Of a DNA stretch of 32,000 bases, positions 7,903 through 14,929 are shown one piece after another. Origin of the DNA: Candidatus Iainarchaeum sp. (GTDB lineage Archaea; Iainarchaeota; Iainarchaeia; Iainarchaeales; CSSED10-239); contig JAQVTI010000010.1 of the NCBI GenBank assembly GCA_028700115.1, forward strand, positions 4,528 through 36,527. Reading direction: 5' to 3'. The notes beneath the pieces were generated by a model, which was given only the letters and a program-made list of their open reading frames with translations, ran no database searches and was not told the origin of the DNA. The translations under genes and the position numbers were made by a program. Each line of letters starts with the position of its first letter. The first letter of the stretch is position 1.

Positions 7903-9123
7903 TTATTTTTTATTTAAGTACAACCGATGTATTTTTTCTCGTGTTATATATTCTTTTATTTTATCTTCAAAATCTTTTGAGAAAAAATTAGATTTAAATA
8001 AATCTGAAAATTTATATATAGAAATATCTGAAACTAAATCTAAAAAATTATTATCTTTTAAAAAAGTTTCAAGATCTTTTCTTTTGTCTGTATTTTTTAA
8101 AGGAAGCTTAATTGAATCATATTCTTTAACTAACATATTTTTATTAGTTCCAAATAATTTTTCTAAATTATTTTCCTTTGAATAATTAATAATTGCTTCT
8201 TTTAATAAAGCAAGCTCTTTATCTATATCTTTTGTAATCTCTAACTTTTTTTCAGAAAGCTCTTGATATTTATCAACTAAAGTAACACCTTTTTCTTTTA
8301 AATATTTATTTTCTAAAACAGGTTCTTGTTTGTCCAAAAAATCATGTTTTTTTAAAGGACAAATAGTTCTAAATGAACACCAGTCACATAAAGCAGATGG
8401 CTTTGCAGGAAAATAATCTTTTTCCTTTGCATCCTCTATATCTCTTATATTTTCAATTACTTCTTTTTCTAAAAGACTTAATTGTTCATCTGTTCTATAA
8501 GAAGTTTGTTTGATTCCAGCAGATAAAAAATACCAAGAAAGAGATATTTCTTTAACAAAAGGATATAATTTCTTAATTGCAATCATATATATTGCAAGTT
8601 GTCTATCTTTGTCAACTTCTTCTTGAGTTTTTGCTTGTGCATTTGTTTTATAATCTCCAATTTCTATGTGGTCTTTTGAAATTAATGCAAGCTTATCAAT
8701 ATACCCTACAAGATTATATGTTTTGTCTTTAACAGAATCATAAAAAGAAATTGTAATTTCTTGTTCTAAACCTAATGTCTTTGCTTGGTCAAAAGGCTTA
8801 TATTGATTATAATAATTTATTAAATATTTTTCACCAGTCTCTCTGTAATTTTCAATTACAAAACCATCTCTTATGATTTCAACTTTTTCTTCAGAATAAC
8901 TTTCTTTAAAAAGAGAATTATAATATTCTAAAACTTCTTCAATTGTGTTTAATTTATTATATTTTAGATCCTTATATAATTTTTCTAAAGTATCATGAAC
9001 CATTGAACCCATAAATGCTTCTGCATTTTGTTTCTTTTTAATATCTGGTTTTTCTATATAGTTATATTTAAACTGCAGAGGGCATGTTTTAAAAGTTTCA
9101 ATTGAAGAATGTGAATATCTCAT
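7903..9123 (-). CDS. PD-(D/E)XK nuclease, Cas4/RecB-exonuclease-like with 4-Cys cluster, plus ~140-aa C-terminal helical extension
   Basis: N-terminus MRYSHSSIETFKTCPLQFKYNYI is the typical PDDEXK_1 start with the first Cys. Nuclease core is GYIDKLALISKDHIEIGDYKTN (D ... E.K). C-terminal CDWCSFRTICP supplies three more Cys. QLAIYMIA is the conserved helix. Confidence 0.75.
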   Translation of the reverse strand: MRYSHSSIETFKTCPLQFKYNYIEKPDIKKKQNAEAFMGSMVHDTLEKLYKDLKYNKLNTIEEVLEYYNSLFKESYSEEKVEIIRDGFVIENYRETGEKYLINYYNQYKPFDQAKTLGLEQEITISFYDSVKDKTYNLVGYIDKLALISKDHIEIGDYKTNAQAKTQEEVDKDRQLAIYMIAIKKLYPFVKEISLSWYFLSAGIKQTSYRTDEQLSLLEKEVIENIRDIEDAKEKDYFPAKPSALCDWCSFRTICPLKKHDFLDKQEPVLENKYLKEKGVTLVDKYQELSEKKLEITKDIDKELALLKEAIINYSKENNLEKLFGTNKNMLVKEYDSIKLPLKNTDKRKDLETFLKDNNFLDLVSDISIYKFSDLFKSNFFSKDFEDKIKEYITREKIHRLYLNKK

Positions 9124-9211
9124 AATTTATCATATTTTTAAATATCTAAATAAATTATAGTAAAAAGAGTTTATATTGTTTTTGTAGGAGTTAATGACCG
9201 TAAAAAAAAGT

Positions 9212-9271
9212 TTTCTCGACCAGACGCCCTGCTTGAAAATAGATATATTCTTCCTTGACTATAAATATATA
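9212..9271 (+). repeat. left copy of a 60-bp direct repeat (GC-rich core plus TATA-like 3' end)
   Basis: TTTCTCGACCAGACGCCCTGCTTGAAAATAGATATATTCTTCCTTGACTATAAATATATA is identical to 9947-10006 at 55 of 60 positions by manual alignment. Confidence 0.9.
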
Positions 9272-9343
9272 AGGATTCTAAATGAAAGAAGCAATTATAA
9301 ACACAAAGAAAAGCTTATATATCAATTGATATATAAAATATAT

Positions 9344-9616
9344 ATGGTGAAAAATAAAAAAACTAAAATAAGATCACCTACATTAGATACAGTATTTATG
9401 ATTGAAAAAAATATAGAAAAATACAGTGGTACTTATAACAAAACAAAATTATGGAAAATACTACCAAAAAAAGTAATGTGGCAAACATACACACTAATTT
9501 TAGATTATTTAAAAAATATTAATAAAATTGCTTATGATAAAGAAAATAAAATAGCCTATATATGGAATCCAAAACTTGCAAAAAAGCTTAATTCTAGAAA
9601 GGAAATTAAAATATGA
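9344..9616 (+). CDS. 90-aa putative antitoxin / small DNA-binding protein (first gene of a two-gene cassette)
   Basis: ATG at 9344 (MVKNKKTKIRSPTLDTVFMIEKNIEKYSG ... YIWNPKLAKKL) is preceded by TATA-like ATATAAAATATAT. Its TGA stop overlaps the downstream ATG (ATGA overlap at 9613-9616), as is typical of toxin-antitoxin operons. Function is inferred from context only. Confidence 0.45.
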   Translation: MVKNKKTKIRSPTLDTVFMIEKNIEKYSGTYNKTKLWKILPKKVMWQTYTLILDYLKNINKIAYDKENKIAYIWNPKLAKKLNSRKEIKI

Positions 9617-9939
9617 TTAAAAAATCAAAAGTAGTTTTTATTGATAATAAAATTGAAAAAATATTTTATAAATTAGACGATAATGATCCTATTAAAAAAT
9701 CAATTATCAAAGCAATAAAAGAACTTAAACAAAATGCTTTTTCAGGAATACAGATACCTAAAAAGTTAATTCCTAAAGAATATATTAAAAAATATAAAAT
9801 AAATAATTTATGGAAATAGAATTTATCTAAAGGTTAGAGATTATTGTACACTGTAGTTTCTAAAGATGAGATAGAAATAATAACTGCAATTTTAGAATGG
9901 TTTAATCATAAAAAATACGAACATAAAATGAAATATTAA
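9613..9939 (+). pseudogene. RelE/ParE-superfamily-like toxin gene interrupted by two in-frame TAG codons
   Basis: The single reading frame gives ... AFSGIQIPKKLIPKEYIKKYKINNLWK*NLSKG*RLLYTVVSKDEIEIITAILEWFNHKKYEHKMKY, with TAA at 9937-9939. The second TAG falls where RelE-like toxins carry the conserved G-W-R-L tryptophan (TGG to TAG is a single change). Confidence 0.6.
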
Positions 9940-9946
9940 TTTACTC

Positions 9947-10006
9947 TTTCTCGGCCAGATGCCCTGCTTGAAAATAGATATATTCTTCCTTAACCTTAAA
10001 TATATA
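9947..10006 (+). repeat. right copy of the 60-bp direct repeat; its TATA-like end is positioned as a promoter for radC
   Basis: Sequence is TTTCTCGGCCAGATGCCCTGCTTGAAAATAGATATATTCTTCCTTAACCTTAAATATATA. It lies 735 bp downstream of the left copy and ends about 60 nt upstream of the radC ATG. Confidence 0.9.
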
Positions 10007-10027
10007 CAACCATTTTTTAAAATCTCA

Positions 10028-10051
10028 AAAGACCTTTTATAGAAGGTCTTT
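10028..10051 (+). promoter_or_regulatory. perfect 9-bp stem / 6-nt loop inverted repeat in the radC leader
   Basis: AAAGACCTT-ttatag-AAGGTCTTT, followed by the pyrimidine tract CTCCCTTCCCCTT. It sits 17 nt upstream of the ATG at 10068. Confidence 0.5.
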
Positions 10052-10067
10052 CTCCCTTCCCCTTAAC

Positions 10068-10736
10068 ATGAGGTTAAAAGAGATCTCTCCAGAAAACAGA
10101 CCGATTGAGAGAATGGAATATTTTGGAGAGGAAAGCTTATCAAATTCCGAACTGCTTGCAATCATTCTAAAGACAGGAACTAGAAAAACTAATATCCTAG
10201 ATTTATCAAACCATATTTTAAATAAATATACTCTTGAAAAACTTAGAAACTGCTCACAACAAGAACTCTGCAAGATACATGGTATAGGAAAAATTAAAGC
10301 TTGCCAGATAAAAGCAATCTTTGAGCTTCACAAAAGAATCTCAACTCCACAAACAAAAGAACTTACTAAAATATATTCGCCTAAACAAATTGTAGATATT
10401 TTAAAACCTGACTTTGAAGGAAAAGAACAAGAGCATTTAATATGTATTTTTCTTAAATCAAATATAATTATTTCAAAAAAAATAATCACAATAGGCACAA
10501 ACAATCAAACATTAATCTCAAATAAAGATATTCTAAAACATGCAATTAAACAAACAGCAGACAGCATAATTATCTCACATAACCATCCACAAGGAGATCC
10601 AACTCCATCAAAAGATGATAGACTGGCTACCAAAAAACTTAAAGATGCATGTAACTCTATTGAGATAATTCTTCTAGATCATATTATAATAGGAGATAAT
10701 AACTATTTTAGTTTTAAAGAAAACCAGATTATATAA
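10068..10736 (+). CDS. radC: RadC-like JAB/MPN domain protein (UPF0758)
   Basis: N-terminus RPIERMEYFGEESLSNSELLAIILKTGTRKTNILDLS. HhH motif is IHGIGKIKACQIKAIFEL. JAB metalloprotease motif is IISHNHPQGDPTPSKDD. Confidence 0.9.
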   Translation: MRLKEISPENRPIERMEYFGEESLSNSELLAIILKTGTRKTNILDLSNHILNKYTLEKLRNCSQQELCKIHGIGKIKACQIKAIFELHKRISTPQTKELTKIYSPKQIVDILKPDFEGKEQEHLICIFLKSNIIISKKIITIGTNNQTLISNKDILKHAIKQTADSIIISHNHPQGDPTPSKDDRLATKKLKDACNSIEIILLDHIIIGDNNYFSFKENQII

Positions 10737-10792
10737 AGTATTAAAAAGACATACATATACTTATATTTTATATAATTTAAAAGTGAGGACTT

Positions 10793-11269
10793 ATGAAATT
10801 TAAATTTTTAGGAATACTTTGTATACTTTCTTTAGTTTTACTTACAAGCACAGTTTCTGCTGAAATTGATTTAGAAAATATAGATTTTGGATATTATTTT
10901 AACAATTTAGAAGAAGCAGGACAAGAACTTCAAGAAAATGTATATCAACTTCCAAATTTTATTAAAAAACAATTAGATAAAGAAATAATATATCTTGAAC
11001 TTGAAGATATTAACACAACTTACAAAGTTAAGATTGAAAAGATTGAAGAAAAATATACAATCACAAAAGAAAACCTTGAAAACTACACAATTGAAATTAA
11101 AACTACAGTTGCAAAACTTCAAGAACTTCTAAACTCAGAAGACAAGATGGATGATTTTAATAAAGCTTTAAAAAACGGATATATCACAATAAAAGGGAAA
11201 GGATTTTTTAATAGCTTACAAACTGGACTTGCTAAATTTTTCTTAAAAGTAGGAAGTTTATTTTCTTAA
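10793..11269 (+). CDS. secreted hypothetical protein (Sec signal peptide)
   Basis: Signal peptide MKFKFLGILCILSLVLLTSTVSA/EIDL. GAGG lies 5 nt upstream of the ATG. The C-terminal NGYITIKGKGFFNSL faintly resembles an SCP2-type end, which is not enough for a call. Confidence 0.55.
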   Translation: MKFKFLGILCILSLVLLTSTVSAEIDLENIDFGYYFNNLEEAGQELQENVYQLPNFIKKQLDKEIIYLELEDINTTYKVKIEKIEEKYTITKENLENYTIEIKTTVAKLQELLNSEDKMDDFNKALKNGYITIKGKGFFNSLQTGLAKFFLKVGSLFS

Positions 11270-12369
11270 ATTTTATAATTTTTTAAAAAATCTATCTGGA
11301 AACTTTCAAAGTTTCCTTCTTTTATTTTTTTTCTTGCTTCTTCTATTAATCTATGAATAAATCTTATATTATGCATAGACATTAAAATTTTAACACCAGG
11401 TTCATTTAATCTATATAGATGATATAAATAAGCTAAAGTATGTTTTTTACAACAAGGACAATCACAATCTTTTTCTACTTTTTCAAAGTTTTCTTTATAG
11501 ATTGCTTTTTTTATATTAATAGGTCCTTTTCTTGTAAATAAAATTCCATGTCTTGCCATCTTTGTAGGATAAATAGAATCAAAACAATCCACCCCTTTTC
11601 CAATAGCTTGAATAATATCTTCAGGAGACCCAACACCCATTAAATATTTTATTTTACCTCTATCTATATGCTCTAGAGAATAATCAATTGCCTTGTGCAT
11701 GTTTTCTTTTGACTCACCTAAAGCAAGACCACCAATTGCAATTCCATCAAATGGTAGAGAATTAATTTCTTTTGCACATTTTTCTCTTAAATCTTTATAT
11801 ATCCCACCCTGAACTATTCCAAAAAGTAATTGATCTTTATTTTTATGTACTTTTATAGCTCTTTTTGCCCAATCAATAGTTCTATTTACTGCAATTTCAT
11901 AGTCTTTTTTAGTTTTATGTGCATCTTGCATATCATCTAAAATCATAGCAACATCAGAAGATATATTATTTTGAAGTTTGATTACTCTTTCAGGAGACAT
12001 AAAATGTTTATCTCCATTAAAAGGTGATCTAAACCAAACTCCTTTATTATTTATCTTAATCATAAATTCTGGATTTTTTAATTGAAAACCTCCAGAATCT
12101 GTAAAAATTCCACCTTTCCAATTTATAAAATTATGATAATCTTTTGTTTTTTTTAAAAGATCTTCTCCTGGTTTTAGATAAAGTAAATATGAATTTGAAA
12201 TAAAACATTTTGTATTCAATTTTTCTAATTGATCTAAAGTTAAATACTTAGCAATACCTTTTGTTACTACAGGCATAAAAAAAGGAGTTTTAATTTCTGC
12301 ATGCTTAGTTTTTAAAACACCTGTTCTTGCAAGTGTATTTTTATCTTTTTTAGAAATTGTAAAACACAT
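11266..12369 (-). CDS. tgt: tRNA-guanine transglycosylase, catalytic domain only (bacterial/eukaryotic QueTGT-like, no PUA domain)
   Basis: Motifs TDSGGFQL, FDGIAIGGLALGE, YLMGVGSPEDI and VDCFDSIYPTKMAR. Zn site is CDCPCCKKHTLAYLYHL ... MHN. At 367 aa it matches bacterial Tgt length. Confidence 0.9.
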   Translation of the reverse strand: MCFTISKKDKNTLARTGVLKTKHAEIKTPFFMPVVTKGIAKYLTLDQLEKLNTKCFISNSYLLYLKPGEDLLKKTKDYHNFINWKGGIFTDSGGFQLKNPEFMIKINNKGVWFRSPFNGDKHFMSPERVIKLQNNISSDVAMILDDMQDAHKTKKDYEIAVNRTIDWAKRAIKVHKNKDQLLFGIVQGGIYKDLREKCAKEINSLPFDGIAIGGLALGESKENMHKAIDYSLEHIDRGKIKYLMGVGSPEDIIQAIGKGVDCFDSIYPTKMARHGILFTRKGPINIKKAIYKENFEKVEKDCDCPCCKKHTLAYLYHLYRLNEPGVKILMSMHNIRFIHRLIEEARKKIKEGNFESFQIDFLKNYKI

Positions 12370-12392
12370 ATATAATCAACAACTTTATTTTT

Positions 12393-13256
12393 TTAAAATA
12401 TAAGAAATAAATATTTAGAAACTAATAAAAAAACAATAAGTCCTAAAAAAATAAAAGGACCAAACTTAGGAAGATTATAATAAATTGGAAGTTTTTTTAT
12501 TTTTTTAGATTTTTTAAATCTTAAGATATCTTTTTCTTCAATAACTGTTCTGTTTTTTAATTTTAAATCTTCTAAAGATAAATCTTTTAGATACTCAACA
12601 GCTAAAACATCTCCATCTTCTAGATCATTTACTAACTTATATTCTAAATAAATATATTCTTTAACTTCTTTTTCAAAAATCACAATAAAAAGCCCAAATA
12701 AAATAGGAATTAATATTAAAAAATATAAATAATTAAAATACAAAGTAGAAAAAGAATATATAAGCATAAATAAAAATATTAAAAAGAAAAATACAGATTT
12801 AATTATATAATTTATTTTAGATTTTAATAAATCTAAAAATTTAATTTTTTTAATTCTAAAAACTTTAATAAGTTTAAATGAATAGACTATAGAAATTATA
12901 AAAACAGATAATAATGAAGAAAATAAAATTACCCAAAGAATAGTTAGTTGATTATTTAGATAAGGCAAAACTAAATGAAGACCAATAAATAATTTAATAT
13001 CCCCTCCTCCAAGTTTCCCAAAATAATACAACAAATATCCAATAAGATAAATTAAAACTCCTATTCCAATTACTTTTAAAAAATAAATATAACCTAATAA
13101 ATTAATTATAAAACAATCTAAAACTAAAAAGATTAATCCTAAACAAATTAATGGAAAGCTAAGCCAATTATAAATATATCCTTTTTTAAAATCTGTATAG
13201 CTTGCAATAAAGCAAGCAATTACTATAACTATAATTTTTAAAATTAACAAATCCAT
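12393..13256 (-). CDS. A24-family prepilin/preflagellin (class III signal) peptidase, PibD/FlaK/EppA-like
   Basis: Polytopic membrane protein with two Asp motifs at the usual spacing: ASYTDFKKGYIYN (first catalytic Asp) and KLGGGDIKLFIGL (GxGD). Confidence 0.75.
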   Translation of the reverse strand: MDLLILKIIVIVIACFIASYTDFKKGYIYNWLSFPLICLGLIFLVLDCFIINLLGYIYFLKVIGIGVLIYLIGYLLYYFGKLGGGDIKLFIGLHLVLPYLNNQLTILWVILFSSLLSVFIISIVYSFKLIKVFRIKKIKFLDLLKSKINYIIKSVFFFLIFLFMLIYSFSTLYFNYLYFLILIPILFGLFIVIFEKEVKEYIYLEYKLVNDLEDGDVLAVEYLKDLSLEDLKLKNRTVIEEKDILRFKKSKKIKKLPIYYNLPKFGPFIFLGLIVFLLVSKYLFLIF

Positions 13257-13268
13257 ATTTTTTCAAAA

Positions 13269-14666
13269 TTATTTAAATTTAAAATTTTTTGCCATTTGTT
13301 CCATTTGTTTAGGGTCCATTCCTTCCATTTTAGATAAATCTGGTATTTTACCACCCATTTTTCTCATCATAGAATTTATATTCCCACCACGTGCACCAAA
13401 TTGTTTAAACATCTTCCTCATCTTTTTTACATGAGAAATCATTTCTCTAACTTCTTCAAATTTAGTTCCTGAACCTTTAGAAATTCTTTCAATTCTACTT
13501 CTAGTAATATCTTGGGGAATTGAATTTAATTCATTTTTTGTAAAAGAATCAAGTATAAAACCATATTTTTTTATTTTCTCTTGACCCATATTAAGTTGAT
13601 CTTTAGGAATCTTACCACCTATTCCAAGCATATTTATAACTTTTGAAAAAGGACCTAATCTTTTTGTAGCTTTTAATTGCTTTTTAAAAAGATTAAAAGT
13701 AAAGTCTCCTTTCATAAGCTCTTGAGCCATTTTTTCATCAATATCTTCTTCAGTTCCAAGTTCTTTAATTTTTTCTAAAAGACCTTCTAAATCCCCAAAA
13801 CCTAAAATTCTAGAAAGATATCTATTTGCATCAAATATTTCTATATCTTCTAACTTTTCACCAGTTCCTATAAAATAAATAGGGGATTTTGTAATATAAC
13901 ATGCAGTTAATGCTCCACCACCTTTAGCAGAACCATCAAGCTTAGAAATTATAACCCCATTAATACCAATTGCTTGGTTAAACTTTTCTGCTTGTTCTTT
14001 TGCAGCTTGACCAATATCAGCTGAAAGAACTAAAAATGAATATTTTGGTAAAAAAACAGAATTAATATCTTTAATTTCTAGAGTTAATTGATCATCTAAA
14101 GCACTTCTTCCAGCAGTATCTACAATTATTAAATTAACTTTGTCTTTTAATTCTTCTAAACCTTTTTTAACAATCTCACTTGCAATTTTTATAGATTTAT
14201 CTCCATAAAAAAAACACCCCACCTTATCACATAACTGTTTTAATTGTTCATAAGCTGCAGGTCTAAAAACATCTGCACAAATTACACCTACTCTTTTTCC
14301 TCTTTTTCTATAAAAATTAGCAAGCTTTCCAGCACTAGTTGTTTTTCCAGAACCAAAAAGTCCACATAAAAGTATTTTTTCTGGGTTTTCTTCTAATTTT
14401 TTTTCTTGGTCCCCACCTATGTTTTTTAAAATAATATCATAACAAATTTTTACAATATGTTCTTTTCTAGTTAATTCTTCTGGGATTTTTTCAAAAGCTT
14501 TTTCTTCTATCTCTTTTGAAATTTTTAAAACTAATTGAATATTTACATCTGAAGAAATTAAAGCTCTTTGGATATCTTTAATTACTTCTTTTATTAGATC
14601 TTTATCAACATGAATAGAATATTTAACTTTATCAATTGCACTTTTTAACTTATCCCCAAAACCCAT
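13269..14666 (-). CDS. srp54: signal recognition particle protein SRP54
   Basis: P-loop GLFGSGKTTSAGKLA, DTAGR, ISKLDGSAKGG and a Met-rich M domain (MMRKMGG ... MEGMDPKQMEQM). I place the start at the ATG of MGFGDKL; the track's TTG start 9 nt upstream is less likely. Confidence 0.95.
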   Translation of the reverse strand: MGFGDKLKSAIDKVKYSIHVDKDLIKEVIKDIQRALISSDVNIQLVLKISKEIEEKAFEKIPEELTRKEHIVKICYDIILKNIGGDQEKKLEENPEKILLCGLFGSGKTTSAGKLANFYRKRGKRVGVICADVFRPAAYEQLKQLCDKVGCFFYGDKSIKIASEIVKKGLEELKDKVNLIIVDTAGRSALDDQLTLEIKDINSVFLPKYSFLVLSADIGQAAKEQAEKFNQAIGINGVIISKLDGSAKGGGALTACYITKSPIYFIGTGEKLEDIEIFDANRYLSRILGFGDLEGLLEKIKELGTEEDIDEKMAQELMKGDFTFNLFKKQLKATKRLGPFSKVINMLGIGGKIPKDQLNMGQEKIKKYGFILDSFTKNELNSIPQDITRSRIERISKGSGTKFEEVREMISHVKKMRKMFKQFGARGGNINSMMRKMGGKIPDLSKMEGMDPKQMEQMAKNFKFK

Positions 14667-14794
14667 ATATAACAACTCTTTTATTATAAAAATACAACAA
14701 ATACTAAAATATATTTATATATATTTAGTAAAGAAAGAAATATAAAGGGTTTATCTTATATAAAATAATAACTAAAGAAAAAAAGGTGAAACAA

Positions 14795-14929
14795 ATGCCA
14801 ATTAAAAAAATATTCAAAAAAAAACAAAATAAAAAAATAATCCAAGAAAAAAGAAAAGGATTAACAGAAAAAGAAGCAATTGAAGAATTTAAAAAACATA
14901 TTAGAGAACATACTAGAAAAACTAAATAA
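14795..14929 (+). CDS. 44-aa basic small ORF with a strong Shine-Dalgarno (not in the ORF track)
   Basis: AAGGTGA lies 6 nt upstream of the ATG. It encodes MPIKKIFKKKQNKKIIQEKRKGLTEKEAIEEFKKHIREHTRKTK and ends at TAA 14927-14929, overlapping the ftsY 3' end by 8 nt on the opposite strand. No homology recognised. Confidence 0.3.
   Translation: MPIKKIFKKKQNKKIIQEKRKGLTEKEAIEEFKKHIREHTRKTK

Noticed and set aside
9194-9343. The first 50 codons of track ORF 9194..9616 (start MTVKKSFLDQTPCLKIDIFF...)
   Set aside because: This stretch reads straight through the 60-bp direct repeat and its TATA-like end. The internal ATG at 9344, with its own TATA-like upstream tract, gives a compact 90-aa protein, so the extension is probably not translated.
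9817-9846. TAG reassignment or programmed readthrough (for example Pyl) as the explanation for the two in-frame TAGs
   Set aside because: TAG terminates the 973-aa protein (4274-4276) and AspRS (5205-5207) at natural, family-consistent C-termini, so TAG is a normal stop here. Pseudogenisation is the simpler reading.
9212-10006. The 60-bp repeats as tRNA-derived att sites
   Set aside because: Neither copy nor its flanks can be folded into any part of a tRNA cloverleaf (no T-arm GTTCRA motif and no acceptor complementarity). The two real tRNAs in the window are elsewhere.
10037-10273. Minus-strand ORF 10037..10273
   Set aside because: It is antisense to the strongly supported N-terminus of RadC and runs into the leader hairpin.
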